Source: a virus. Taken from it: DNA of 64,000 nt. Made by a program: the position numbers and the translations under genes. A model generated the notes under the pieces. The model saw only the letters and a list, made by a program, of their open reading frames with translations, ran no database searches and had not been told where the DNA came from. Below are positions 9,613-19,514 of this stretch, piece after piece. The stretch spans positions 1-64,000 of the IMG/VR virus record IMGVR_UViG_3300042007_000202, one strand, 5' to 3'. Position 1 is the first letter of the stretch. Each line of letters opens with the position of its first letter.

Positions 9613-10265
9613 ACCCGATGGACCCGATGGACCCGATGGCGCCGGTCCCGGCCGAAGCGATCCTGGTCGTCCTGGACGGCATGCTCAAGGAGTGCGGCGA
9701 CGAGTGGGACCAGCCGCCGGAGTGGGGCTTCCTGTACGCGCCGCCCCTGAGCCTGACCGCCGAGGTGGCCGAGGAAGTGGACGCCGATGTGAGCGCGGTG
9801 CGCGGGGTGATGGCCGCGCCGGTGGCGCTGCCGCTTGAGGCCTGGCGGCAGTTCGGGAGCCCGCTGGAGCTGGTGGGGATGTTCGCCGCCCTCCTCAAGG
9901 AGCCGGACAGCGATCGCGGCGCCGCGATCGTGCGGAAGCTGCGCTCGACGGCACCGGTGATGGGGGCGTGGCTCAGGGTAGAGGCCTGGGCGCCGCCCGT
10001 ACGGCTGGAGGCGGAGTACGCCCGGCGACGCAGGGCCGGTAAGGACATGGACCTGTCGGTGCTGCCTGACAGGCTGGAGTCGCGTGTGGCGTGGGCGGCT
10101 GACGCCTGGGGCCGCAACTTCGTCGGCCGCCGCGTGCGGGACTCCGACGAATTCGAGTGGGACTGGACCGAGCCCGGCCGGGACCGCCTGAGCGCGCATC
10201 ACCCGGCGCTGGTGCACCTGCGGACGATGGTGGACGCGGTGGCCACTCCCCTCCCCACCGTCTGA
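9609..10265 (+). CDS. Hypothetical protein, paralog of the previous gene
   Basis: WDQPPEWG and EAWAPP motifs; ends in a family A site. Confidence 0.8.
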   Translation: MNPMDPMDPMAPVPAEAILVVLDGMLKECGDEWDQPPEWGFLYAPPLSLTAEVAEEVDADVSAVRGVMAAPVALPLEAWRQFGSPLELVGMFAALLKEPDSDRGAAIVRKLRSTAPVMGAWLRVEAWAPPVRLEAEYARRRRAGKDMDLSVLPDRLESRVAWAADAWGRNFVGRRVRDSDEFEWDWTEPGRDRLSAHHPALVHLRTMVDAVATPLPTV

Positions 10266-10279
10266 TCCACGCGGACAGC

Positions 10280-10321
10280 CCGCAGCCCCCGGGCCGGGGA
10301 CCGCCGGACCGGGGGCTGCGG
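10280..10321. terminator. Hairpin between convergent early and lysis genes
   Basis: CCGCAGCCCCCGG / CCGGGGGCTGCGG 13-bp stem. Confidence 0.7.
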
Positions 10322-10333
10322 TGCTGTGAGGGG

Positions 10334-10624
10334 TCAGGAGCCGGTCTCGAAGTACCGTCGCGCCCTCTCCGTGGGCTCTGGAGGATCCCCCACCGGGTTC
10401 CTGGCCCAAAGCCTCAGCTCGTCGTAGGAACGAGCCAGGGCCCGCACCAGAGCCTCACAGTCGCCAGCCTTGCCCGTGCGCACGGCCTCAGTCGCCTCGT
10501 GGGTGGTGCGCTGCGCCGACTGCGTCGCCCGCGCCGCCACCACACCCGCCAGCACCAGGCCCAGAGCCGAGAACGCGGCAGCGCCTATGCTCCCCACCGC
10601 GTCCCACAGCCCGGCCGCAGTCAT
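10334..10624 (-). CDS. Single-TM lysis cassette membrane protein
   Basis: N-terminal hydrophobic helix; last gene of the lysis cassette. Confidence 0.7.
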   Translation of the reverse strand: MTAAGLWDAVGSIGAAAFSALGLVLAGVVAARATQSAQRTTHEATEAVRTGKAGDCEALVRALARSYDELRLWARNPVGDPPEPTERARRYFETGS

Positions 10625-11433
10625 CACGCCCTCCCTTCCCCCACGTCGTAGCGGGGCAGCTCGTACTCCGGCACGCTGGCCGCCCACAGCGCCATGCCGA
10701 CCTGAGACGTCATGAACCACACGGCCACGAAGAAGCCCCGGCCGTAGCCGTCCGCCAGCCACTCCCACGCGTACGAGCCCGCCCACACCACCGGCAGGGC
10801 CGCCGCCGCGAAGAACCCCCAGCGGTCGGGGCCCTCGGGGAGCAGCAGGCACGTGAGCGTGACCAGGCCCGCGAAGAACCAGGCCGCCGCCCACCCGCGC
10901 ATCGGCATCAGGTGCAGCAGCGGCTCCAGGCCGCGCGTGCCGGTCGCGGGCGCGGCGACATACCCGATAGCCCACACGACGCCGCCCACCCCCAGCAGGT
11001 ACAGCGGAGGCGCCCGCCGCGAGCGGTACTTCACGCGGGGCAGCGCGTACTCCGCGACGCTGGCCGCCCACAGGATGAGCAGCGCATGGGAGAGCAGGTA
11101 CCACAGCCCGATGAACATGGCGCGCAGGTAGTGGAACTCCACCGCAGCGTAGAAGTGCCCCAGGGCCCAGGCACCCGGCGGGATGACCGCCGCCACGTAA
11201 CCCCACCGGTCGCGGCCCACCGGCTGGAAGGCCGCCACGATGGCGATGACCCCGGCTCCCACCCAGACGCCTGCCCAAGCCTCCAGCGGCATGACGGCCG
11301 TCACCCCGGCCAGCGCCCGCCGGTCGGAGGCGGGCGCCGTCACGAACCCCGCCCCCCAGCCGATCTTCCCTGCGCCCAGCAGCAGCAGGGGCACCCCCCG
11401 GCGCCCGAGGCGCCGCCGGAGGCCGACGGTCAC
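10624..11433 (-). CDS. Multi-TM membrane protein with internal duplication (lysis cassette)
   Basis: Two homologous halves, each ending LWAASV.EY.LPR. Confidence 0.8.
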   Translation of the reverse strand: MTVGLRRRLGRRGVPLLLLGAGKIGWGAGFVTAPASDRRALAGVTAVMPLEAWAGVWVGAGVIAIVAAFQPVGRDRWGYVAAVIPPGAWALGHFYAAVEFHYLRAMFIGLWYLLSHALLILWAASVAEYALPRVKYRSRRAPPLYLLGVGGVVWAIGYVAAPATGTRGLEPLLHLMPMRGWAAAWFFAGLVTLTCLLLPEGPDRWGFFAAAALPVVWAGSYAWEWLADGYGRGFFVAVWFMTSQVGMALWAASVPEYELPRYDVGEGRA

Positions 11434-11708
11434 GGCACCGGCGGCAGGTTCACCACGCCGCCGGTCGCGGGCGCAGTGGCGGCGGGGTCCTTGGAGGCGG
11501 GCAGGGTGGAGGCGGTGCCGGGCTGGCCGATGCGCTTGGCGGCGGACGCCTTGACGGCCGCGAGGACGACGGCGATGGGCACCGCCCACCAGGCGTCCAG
11601 CGGCGTGACGGCGACGATGACGGCACCGGCGGTGAACTCGACGGCGGACCAGGACACCCGCTCCAGGGCATCCCACTTGAAGTGCCGGGCCAGGGCGTGT
11701 GCAGCCAT
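11430..11708 (-). CDS. Holin-like protein
   Basis: DALERV.W.A...2 TM...G.ASTLP; follows the endolysin. Confidence 0.7.
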   Translation of the reverse strand: MAAHALARHFKWDALERVSWSAVEFTAGAVIVAVTPLDAWWAVPIAVVLAAVKASAAKRIGQPGTASTLPASKDPAATAPATGGVVNLPPVP

Positions 11709-11717
11709 GAGGGCCTC

Positions 11718-12533
11718 CTACTTCAGCTTGAGCTTCCAACCGGCCTGGATGTTGTCGGGGTCCTTGATCAGGTTCTGGTTGAGCGCCACGAGCTTGTCGA
11801 CGGTGGTGTCGAAGCGGTCGGCGATCTCTCCCAGGGTGTCGCCGGACTTCACGGTGTAGGTGGCCTGGCTGGCGCCGCCGGGCGACCAGGACGCGGGGTG
11901 CTTGAGACGCTCGGCCACGCGGGCGCGGATGGCGCTGTGGCCGGGGTAGCCGGGCCCGCGCGGGTCGACCTTGCCCGGCTGCCACTCCGCGTGGGCGATG
12001 ACGCTGATGAAGCCCTCGCCGTCCTTGTTCCAGCCGTGGGCGCGCAGGACGGCGGCCGACGCCCGGACCATGGCTTCCACCTGGGCGGGCGGCCAGTCGT
12101 CCTTGCCGTCGCCCAGGTTGATGCACTCGAAGCCGTAGAAGCGGGCGTTGCCGTCGGTGTTGGCCTCGTTGTCGGAGGGGGCGGCCGTCTCGTTGACGAC
12201 CGCGCGGAGCACGTCGTCGTCACCGAGTCCGGCGTGGTTGGTCCGGCCGTAGCCGACCAGGTAGACGGTGCCGTCGGGGGCGATGACGCCGTGGCACAGC
12301 GGCCCCGGCAGCTCCGCGTGCCCGTTCCAGCACAGCTCCACGGACGCCTTCACCTTGGCGGCGGTGGCGCCGGAGGTGACGGTGTGGTGGAGCATGACGC
12401 CCTGTACGGGGCCCCAGCCGTCGCCGCGCTGGCCCCGGTTGTGGGTCTTCCAGGATGACTTGTATTCAACGACCTTCAGCCCTTCTGCCCTGAGTGCGCT
12501 GAGGAAGGCCGATGCAGAGAGTGGTTGAGCCAT
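11718..12533 (-). CDS. Endolysin: N-acetylmuramoyl-L-alanine amidase plus LysM
   Basis: VMLHHT, NHAG, GFEC.N, IAHAEW..GKVDP; C-terminal YTVKSGDTL.EIA...I.AG.KLKL. Confidence 0.92.
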   Translation of the reverse strand: MAQPLSASAFLSALRAEGLKVVEYKSSWKTHNRGQRGDGWGPVQGVMLHHTVTSGATAAKVKASVELCWNGHAELPGPLCHGVIAPDGTVYLVGYGRTNHAGLGDDDVLRAVVNETAAPSDNEANTDGNARFYGFECINLGDGKDDWPPAQVEAMVRASAAVLRAHGWNKDGEGFISVIAHAEWQPGKVDPRGPGYPGHSAIRARVAERLKHPASWSPGGASQATYTVKSGDTLGEIADRFDTTVDKLVALNQNLIKDPDNIQAGWKLKLK

Positions 12534-13043
12534 AACTGAAAGTTACCCGGCCGGGCGGGCGGCCGGGCGGCCGGGAGGCGGCGCGTTCGTCACAGTTGTC
12601 GAACACCTGGGCGCACACACAGAGACGCCCCCTACCAGCCACCGCATGAAAGCCGGAAGGGGGCGCACTGTGCGCGGACCTGTTTCGCTCCGTCAGCGTA
12701 GCGTCACGGACGGAAACCTGTATCGCACCTGGCCAAAAAAGTAGTGAACCGCTTTCCCCGGGTGCCGCCACCACGGCCGCCCGGCATGACACAGGCACCG
12801 GCACGGCCGACCGCACCCCAGGCAGCTCCACGTGCAGCGACGCCCCCCTATGTGGGGGTGGGTCGAACAGACCAGGCCCACATGAGACCCCGGACACCCA
12901 TTCCTCATACGTGTTAGCGCTCCGCTCACCCGTACGAGGCCCCACTACGCGCCCCCGCAAGGGCGCGGAAGACCGCCTGCCCCGTTTCGGCCAGGTCACA
13001 CCGGCGACTTCCCGAGGCGTCCATGCCGGGCACCATAGGCTGC

Positions 13044-13214
13044 ATGGAGCACCCCGCCCAGGAACCGCGCCCGAGCGTCACCTGCCCCGACTGCGGGCTC
13101 ACCAGCTGCCACCCCGAAGACGTCGCCAGCCGCTACTGCGGTAGCTGCCGCTGGTGGACCTCAGACCCCTTCCTGGCCCCGCACAACCCCAGCCCGCCGC
13201 GCCCCCCGGTATGA
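13044..13214 (+). CDS. Small Zn-finger protein
   Basis: CPDC...HPED...YCGSC. Confidence 0.5.
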   Translation: MEHPAQEPRPSVTCPDCGLTSCHPEDVASRYCGSCRWWTSDPFLAPHNPSPPRPPV

Positions 13215-13242
13215 GCGTGCAGCCTCGCTGTATCCGCGTGGA

Positions 13243-13704
13243 TCAGAACAGGGTGCCGTCCGCCGGAGGCAGAGCCCGCTCGGTGGTCGGCGGGTGATGG
13301 AAGATCTCCGTCCACCCCTCCTCGCCCCCGGCGGCCACCCGGCGCCACGCGGCCATCTCGTCACAGCGGGGACAGAACCGCGCCCAGTGCGTGTACACCC
13401 AGTACGGCTTCCGCTGCACCCGGACCCACCGGGACCGGCCGTCCCTGGTCTGCGTGGACCGGGCAACACGTTCCCACGTGGGCTCCGGCGTGTAGAGGGT
13501 CTTCCCGCTGATGTTCCGCAGCCGTGGCCACGCGCACGTCTCGCAGTCCGTCTCCGCCTGGCTGCCGTTGCTCAGGCAGATGGTCAGGGTGAGCGCCCGG
13601 GTCCACCGGTCATCCCACCGGATCTCCCCCAGCAGCGGGTCCTCCACCGGCAGGGCCGGGATGATCCTGCGCGGGCCCAGCTCTTCAACGTCCCAGTCGT
13701 CCAT
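13243..13704 (-). CDS. Cys-containing hypothetical protein
   Basis: CETC and CPRC; RBS GGAGG; ends in a family A site. Confidence 0.7.
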   Translation of the reverse strand: MDDWDVEELGPRRIIPALPVEDPLLGEIRWDDRWTRALTLTICLSNGSQAETDCETCAWPRLRNISGKTLYTPEPTWERVARSTQTRDGRSRWVRVQRKPYWVYTHWARFCPRCDEMAAWRRVAAGGEEGWTEIFHHPPTTERALPPADGTLF

Positions 13705-14301
13705 GAGCCAGCCTCCAACAAGCGCGGCCCCCGGCGCGGTGGGGTGCCGGGGGCCACAGTGTGCACGCGGGCGAGGTGCAACGGAGTGAAGCCGTACCAG
13801 GATGCCAGAGCCCCCGGCGGACGGGGAGATTCCGGCCCGGCGCGCGGAGTTCGTTCAGCCGTGCGGAGGATGTTCGTGCACCCCCCGTGACTCAAGCCGC
13901 ACACCCTGTCACAGTAGGCGGACGGCCAAGCCAGCCCCCCCTGTCGGGGCGCGGGCGGGGCACGGCTCCACGAGCCCCGTGCCCCGCCGCCCCCTGGCGC
14001 CTCCGGTCCCGCTCCATCAGCGCCAGCGCCCCGCCCGCTGTGGCGGCTGCCCCGGAGCGCCGTCCCGCAACGCAGCCCCAGGCTCCCCGCTCCCCTTTCC
14101 CGGCCGCCCGGCCGGGCGGCCGGGTAGACCGGCGCGCAAGGTCCGCCGGGCAGGGGAACGACCCGCAGGCCGCTCCCCGCCATAGGACACCGAAGAACCC
14201 CCGCAGGCAACGAACGCCACGACCGGTTAGGCCATATGGCAGCGCAACGCCCCCCGGCCGGGGGAAGCCGGGGGGCGCCAGGCGCAACGCATGGGGGGAC
14301 G

Positions 14302-14898
14302 CTACGCCTGCTGAGCGGCAGGCTGGGGGGAGGCCTGCCAGGAACCGGCCGGGGGGGCGGCCGGGTGGCCGCCCGGCCGGGCGGCCGGGTCGGCGGACTG
14401 AGGAGCGGGCGCCGCCCGCAGATGCGCACCCTGGCCCACCGGCACCCCCGCCAGCGTCTGCGCGCCACCCTGCGCGGGCTGCGCCCCCGACACCGACGCG
14501 AACGGCTGCGTGTGCTCCGGCGCCGCCTGGTCCGACGGGTGCAGCGGCGCGTCGTTCCACCACGGCTGGTCGTACAGCCGCTCCGTGGCCGGGTTGTCCA
14601 CCGCCACCAGACTGAGCAGCCTCTCATCCGAGCTGACCTCGGTCAGGATGCCGTGGAACACCGCCCGCTCCCCGTTCCTGGGCGACACCCGCGTGATGAT
14701 CAGCGTGTCCAGCAGCGGCACGGCCTCCTCCAGCGCGGCGTAACCGTCCTCCCCGCCGCCCGCCTTGGGGTCGCTGCGTTCCCAGTACAGCCGGGCGAAC
14801 CGCACCTTGCCTTCGTGGACCCCGAGGTGCTGACCCTGGTGCCGCACCGTCACCGGCTGTGTGGCGCCGTCGTACCTCCGCAGGTATGCCTTCAGCAT
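14302..14898 (-). CDS. Hypothetical protein
   Basis: Ordered N-terminal part, low-complexity tail. Confidence 0.55.
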   Translation of the reverse strand: MLKAYLRRYDGATQPVTVRHQGQHLGVHEGKVRFARLYWERSDPKAGGGEDGYAALEEAVPLLDTLIITRVSPRNGERAVFHGILTEVSSDERLLSLVAVDNPATERLYDQPWWNDAPLHPSDQAAPEHTQPFASVSGAQPAQGGAQTLAGVPVGQGAHLRAAPAPQSADPAARPGGHPAAPPAGSWQASPQPAAQQA

Positions 14899-15019
14899 CT
14901 CTCACCGCTCCTGGGCGTCGCTTGCAGGTCCGGGCAGCGTACTGCCGACCCCGGCGCCCGACAGCCTCGCCGGAAGTCTTCACACGATCGGCTGTAAGCC
15001 CTCACGCTACGTGACCACA

Positions 15020-16891
15020 TCACGACACGATGATGCTGCGGAACGCCCCGGAGAACGGGTTGTCGGTGTCCCCGTTCACCCCCTCCTCCTTCTCCACCCA
15101 GAAGTACCCGCCCCGGTACTGCGAGTCGGCGGCCGTCACGGTGTACACGGTCCCGTTGGGCGCCGTCCGCCGGAAGGTGATCTGCGTCGGCGTCACCGTC
15201 AGCGAGTACGAGTTCCACGCGTTCACGGTCATCGCCGGAGTGGCCGTCGTAGCCAGGTAGGTGATAGCCGAAGCCTGGCTCGCCCACTTCGCAATGCCGA
15301 TCTCCCCGTTCTGCCGCTGGAACACCCGGTACAGCGTCTTCTGCCCCTCGGGGAACGCGTTCGGGTTCTGCACCGCATCACCCTGCGGCCACTCATACGG
15401 TTCACGGTCCGTCGCCGCCCCGAACAGCAGGCCCATCTTGGCCCGCGACGTGGACACCGCAGCCAGCGACGTCCACTTCATGTCCCACGTGATCGTGTAG
15501 TTCGTCGGGCTCGCCAGCGGGCACAGCCACCCCACCAGCACCGACGGCCGCCCCAGCGTGGCACCGAAGCTCGCAGGCAGGAACAGCCCCGGCTCGGCCT
15601 GGTCCGTACGGCCGCGCACCGCCCCCGACCCCGAAGCCACCGCTTTGTTGTCGGTGCGGTAGGTGAGCTGACCGGTGCCCACCTTCCGGTGCGTCCAGGG
15701 GTCCGTCTCCGCCCGGTACCCGTACGGCCACACCGACGTGACCGGCCCCCGGTAGTACACCGGGTCATCCGCGAACGCACCACGGATTGCGAGCGCGGCC
15801 ACCCGCGTGCGCTGGGAGTGCCGCGAGTTGGTGTACATCAGGACCTGGAGCCCCGCGTTCTTGTACGTCGTGAAGACGCTGTCGGCGTACTTGTCCGAGA
15901 GCACGATCCACGTGATACCCGCCGCCTGGAGATCCGCCACCGCATACGGCAGTGCCGCCGTGCCCCAGGTGGCAGGCGTCTCAGGGATCATGAGCGGGGT
16001 GATGCCCGCGTTCTTCACCGTCACGGCGTTCGAGATCATCGAGACGCCGATCATGGCCCACGCCTGGGCGCAGTACTGGAGCACCCCCCGCATCGCCCCG
16101 ATGATCGCCGTCGACTCCGGATACGGCACCGTGGCCGCCACCGTGCAGTCGATCAGCGCCACGGCCTTCCCGCTGATCTTCGCCAGGAAGTCCGTCAGCA
16201 GCGGCTGGTAGTAGCGCTGCGCCAGGAAGCCGTACCAGCCGCCCTTCCGCTCGTCCTTGGGCAGCCGGTCCGGCGGCCCGAAAGCCACCGGGTCGTCCTC
16301 ATCGCCCGCGTAGTTCATCGTCTGGGCGCAGGTCTCAGCCGAGAGCTGGCGGATCTCCTGGCTGGTGTAGATGGAGGAGCGGGTCTCCTCCATGCGGTGG
16401 TTGTTGAGGTCCGGCACCACACCCACGTCATCGCTGCTGGTGGCGCACCGGAAGTGGATGATGTCGTTCCCCGTGGCCAGGCAGTAGTCGAGCTGGTACG
16501 GCGAGGAGTACGGCCCACGGAGCTGGGCCAGCGTCCACGCCCCCACCGTGTCCGGCGCGGCCGGGAGGTCCGCGATGGTCTGGAGACAGGTGGCCGGTGT
16601 GGGCGGGGTGCCCCCGGAAGGCACGAAGAGGCCGCCGTCCGGGCCGAAGCTGGCCGCGTTCTGGGCCTGGCTGGACAGCCGCACCTGGAGGTCGCCGGAG
16701 GCCTCGTTGTAGACGAGGCCCGGCCCCAGGTTCCCCGCCAGGCATGCGACGATGCCCGCGCACCCGGTCTTCCCGTCGACCTCCAGCGACACGACATACG
16801 GCTGCTGCACGCTGCCGTTCCCGCTCACAACGACGGGCGAAGCACCTTGGATCACGCACGAGCAGGAGCCCGTGCACCCGCACCTGGCCAT
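15020..16891 (-). CDS. Minor tail protein with degenerate GDPD-like domain
   Basis: Tail position; GPYSS.....Y.LA.G.DIIHF.C..SSD.VGVV and GLQVLMYT.....GAFADDP align with the GDPD pattern. Confidence 0.6.
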   Translation of the reverse strand: MARCGCTGSCSCVIQGASPVVVSGNGSVQQPYVVSLEVDGKTGCAGIVACLAGNLGPGLVYNEASGDLQVRLSSQAQNAASFGPDGGLFVPSGGTPPTPATCLQTIADLPAAPDTVGAWTLAQLRGPYSSPYQLDYCLATGNDIIHFRCATSSDDVGVVPDLNNHRMEETRSSIYTSQEIRQLSAETCAQTMNYAGDEDDPVAFGPPDRLPKDERKGGWYGFLAQRYYQPLLTDFLAKISGKAVALIDCTVAATVPYPESTAIIGAMRGVLQYCAQAWAMIGVSMISNAVTVKNAGITPLMIPETPATWGTAALPYAVADLQAAGITWIVLSDKYADSVFTTYKNAGLQVLMYTNSRHSQRTRVAALAIRGAFADDPVYYRGPVTSVWPYGYRAETDPWTHRKVGTGQLTYRTDNKAVASGSGAVRGRTDQAEPGLFLPASFGATLGRPSVLVGWLCPLASPTNYTITWDMKWTSLAAVSTSRAKMGLLFGAATDREPYEWPQGDAVQNPNAFPEGQKTLYRVFQRQNGEIGIAKWASQASAITYLATTATPAMTVNAWNSYSLTVTPTQITFRRTAPNGTVYTVTAADSQYRGGYFWVEKEEGVNGDTDNPFSGAFRSIIVS

Positions 16892-17100
16892 TAGCCCTCC
16901 TGGTTGCCGAAGTCGTAGGGAATGAGGTGGTCGCGGCCGTCGTCCTCGCAGGCGACCCGCTGCCAGCCGTCGTCGGTGAGCAGGACGAGCGTGTCGGACA
17001 TGGCATGGACGGCAGTGAGCCGCTGGCCGATCGCCCTCTGCGAGGCGACCGCCGCGCGCAGGGGCCGCTGGCCCGCCCGCTGGCCGGGCAGCGTCGTCAT
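16891..17100 (-). CDS. Small tail-region protein
   Basis: Translationally coupled on both sides. Confidence 0.55.
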   Translation of the reverse strand: MTTLPGQRAGQRPLRAAVASQRAIGQRLTAVHAMSDTLVLLTDDGWQRVACEDDGRDHLIPYDFGNQEG

Positions 17101-19508
17101 CAGCTCAGCTCCTCATCAAGGTCAGCGAGCGGCGTCAGCGTGACGCCGACCTTCTCCTGGCCGTTCTGCCACGACCCCTCCACGTCCGTGAGCGCGAAGC
17201 CCTGGAGCACCGGCTGACAGAAGCTCTCCGCCAGCACGTCGAAACGCTCCCCGGGGACGAGCTGCTGAAGCTTGACGGGGGCCGTCGCGGCGAGTGCGGC
17301 GCCGTCGGGGACGCTGATGGTCACGGGGATGGGGTAGCGCCCGGCGATGGCATCCTTGGCCGCCTCGCGCAGGTCCGCGTCCGTCACCTTCTCCTCATCG
17401 ATCGACACCAGCACATCCAGCCGCCCGTAAGCCGTCTTGGTCCGGCCGTAGCCGAGAGTCTTGCCGTTGCTGATCTCCTGCTGGTCCTGCGTGGTGGCGA
17501 AGCCGTAGGTGCCGCCTTGGGTGCCGTCCTTGATGACTTCGATGCCCCCGGTGAAGTCCTCCATGGTCAGGCGCGCCTGCGCCCGGGTGTTGGAGGTGGG
17601 CTTCGCCCGGAGCATGACGGCCCGGCCGACGGCAGTCCAGGTGAGCCCGCGCTTGGCCCACTCCCGCAGCATGTCCCCCAGGTACGCGGTCCAGATGGCG
17701 GTGTTGGAGGAGCCGTCCTTCTCGACCTTGATCGTCGGGAGCCCGGCGTTCCGGACGATCATGTAGTTCATGATGCCGGGGTAGTCCGCCACCGCCAACG
17801 CCGATGCGCTCAGGTTCAGGCGGATGTGGTTGTAGGCGATCTGCGTGATGGGCCCCGCCTTGCGCCCGGAGGAGTCCGCCGTGGCAGCGGTGTACGTCAC
17901 CCGCCACGTGTTCACCAGATGATCGAACCAGGCGGTCACGTCCTGCGCGCTGATCACGATGCTGTCCCGGCGGGAAGTCGTCCTGACGATGGGGCCCTGC
18001 CACACCAGCTCCCCGTCCCGGTACAGCGTCAGCTCATGCACCCACGGCTCCGCCTCCCCCAGCGCCGCACAGCACTCCCCGCTGATGTCGCCCTTCAGTA
18101 CCGTGATGGAGGCCTCGGAGACGTCGTTGAGGGTCCGGTTCCAGGTCACTTCGGTCAGCCGGTCCATCGCAGTGCTGGCGTACGGCTGCGCGCCGCCGCG
18201 CCAGTGGAGCTGTGCGCTGTAGGTGGTGGCGCAGCCGAGGGTGTTGTCCTCCCCGCCGACCGCCTCACCGCCCTGGTTGCAGCCGCCCTCCGGCACATAG
18301 GTGACCGGGTTGGAGGCGTCCTCGGTGGTGGAGCCGTCGGTGCGGTGGATCTCCAGGTGGTACGTGAGCGGCATGCACCCCACGGGCGCGGAGTCGAACC
18401 ACGTGGATACGGCCGGGAGGGAGCCCGCGCCCTGGCCGGAGAACAGGATCTGCCGGGTGCCCGCCACGTCGCGGGAGATCTCCCACGACTGGATCGACTC
18501 GGTGTCCTCCACGTTGACGGTGAGTTCGACGCCGTCTTCCGGCGAGGAGACCACCTCCGCCTGGATGGGCACGGTGGTGTCCACCAGCGACGTGATCCCG
18601 TAGAGGGCGACCAGCCGGGGGGATTCGCTGATGGCGAACCCGAAGGTGAGCTGCGGGCCGGTCGGCAGGTCGAAGACGGCCAGGCCCTCGGGCTCGCGGT
18701 AGTCCAGCGTGAGCGCGTACGCGTTGTGCACCCGGTCGATCACGGTGCCGGTGCGCATGTCGATCACCGTCCACCACGCGTTCCCGTTGCCGTCCGGCGG
18801 CGGCGGGTTGGTGTCGTCCTCGCTGTAGGCGGTGCCGTGCTGCTGGTAGATGTACTCCCCGAAAGCCGTCCACGACTGGAATTCGGGGTAGCTGGGCCGG
18901 GCGAACTGGTACAGGGGAGCGCTGTAGTCCTTCGCCTTGAAGTCCGCCAGCGCGTAGACCGCGTACTGAGTGCCGGAGCCCTGGCTGTAGGCGATGGTCA
19001 TGCGGCCGTGGGGCAGGTCCAGGCCGGGCGTGATGGCGGTTGTCCCTGTGAAGGGCTCGTACGCCTGGTCAGCCGGGACGTCCTCGGGGTCGATGACCGC
19101 CTGGTCGACGAACTCGATCCGGCAAATGCGGCGGCCGTGGGCGTTCGTGCCGATGGGCTGCTCCTCCGCGTCGAACGGCAGCCACAGCCAGGTCTTGCCG
19201 GTCACGCTGTCGTGCTCCACGCCGATGCCCGAGCCGTGGTCGAACCGGCGGCAGTACATGACGCCGGTCACCTGGCCGGACATGTTGACCCGGTTGACGG
19301 CGATGTCGCCCCGGCTGTCGCGGACTCCAGTGGGCGGGGGCTCCGTCTCACCCGGCAACGTCACCCCGTTGGCGACCACCTGCGTGATGTACATGAGCTG
19401 CGTGACGGGCTCGTAGAACACCTGCTGGTGGACCCGGGCAAAGGTCAGATCGAACGGGTCCAGGACGGCGCTGGCGCCGCCGCGCAGGTTGAACAGGATC
19501 TCAGCCAC
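17100..19508 (-). CDS. Minor tail/hub protein with N-terminal TagC/P68 RBP-like beta-propeller
   Basis: QQ..Y......YITQ, GVMY...F.HG.GIGVE, REPEGLA; C-terminus HELTLYRDGELVWQGPI. Confidence 0.7.
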   Translation of the reverse strand: MAEILFNLRGGASAVLDPFDLTFARVHQQVFYEPVTQLMYITQVVANGVTLPGETEPPPTGVRDSRGDIAVNRVNMSGQVTGVMYCRRFDHGSGIGVEHDSVTGKTWLWLPFDAEEQPIGTNAHGRRICRIEFVDQAVIDPEDVPADQAYEPFTGTTAITPGLDLPHGRMTIAYSQGSGTQYAVYALADFKAKDYSAPLYQFARPSYPEFQSWTAFGEYIYQQHGTAYSEDDTNPPPPDGNGNAWWTVIDMRTGTVIDRVHNAYALTLDYREPEGLAVFDLPTGPQLTFGFAISESPRLVALYGITSLVDTTVPIQAEVVSSPEDGVELTVNVEDTESIQSWEISRDVAGTRQILFSGQGAGSLPAVSTWFDSAPVGCMPLTYHLEIHRTDGSTTEDASNPVTYVPEGGCNQGGEAVGGEDNTLGCATTYSAQLHWRGGAQPYASTAMDRLTEVTWNRTLNDVSEASITVLKGDISGECCAALGEAEPWVHELTLYRDGELVWQGPIVRTTSRRDSIVISAQDVTAWFDHLVNTWRVTYTAATADSSGRKAGPITQIAYNHIRLNLSASALAVADYPGIMNYMIVRNAGLPTIKVEKDGSSNTAIWTAYLGDMLREWAKRGLTWTAVGRAVMLRAKPTSNTRAQARLTMEDFTGGIEVIKDGTQGGTYGFATTQDQQEISNGKTLGYGRTKTAYGRLDVLVSIDEEKVTDADLREAAKDAIAGRYPIPVTISVPDGAALAATAPVKLQQLVPGERFDVLAESFCQPVLQGFALTDVEGSWQNGQEKVGVTLTPLADLDEELS

Positions 19509-19514
19509 GGGCCG

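Noticed and set aside
957-10276. Family A repeats read as a CRISPR array
   Set aside because: Only 12-16 bp, separated by whole genes of variable length; no cas genes
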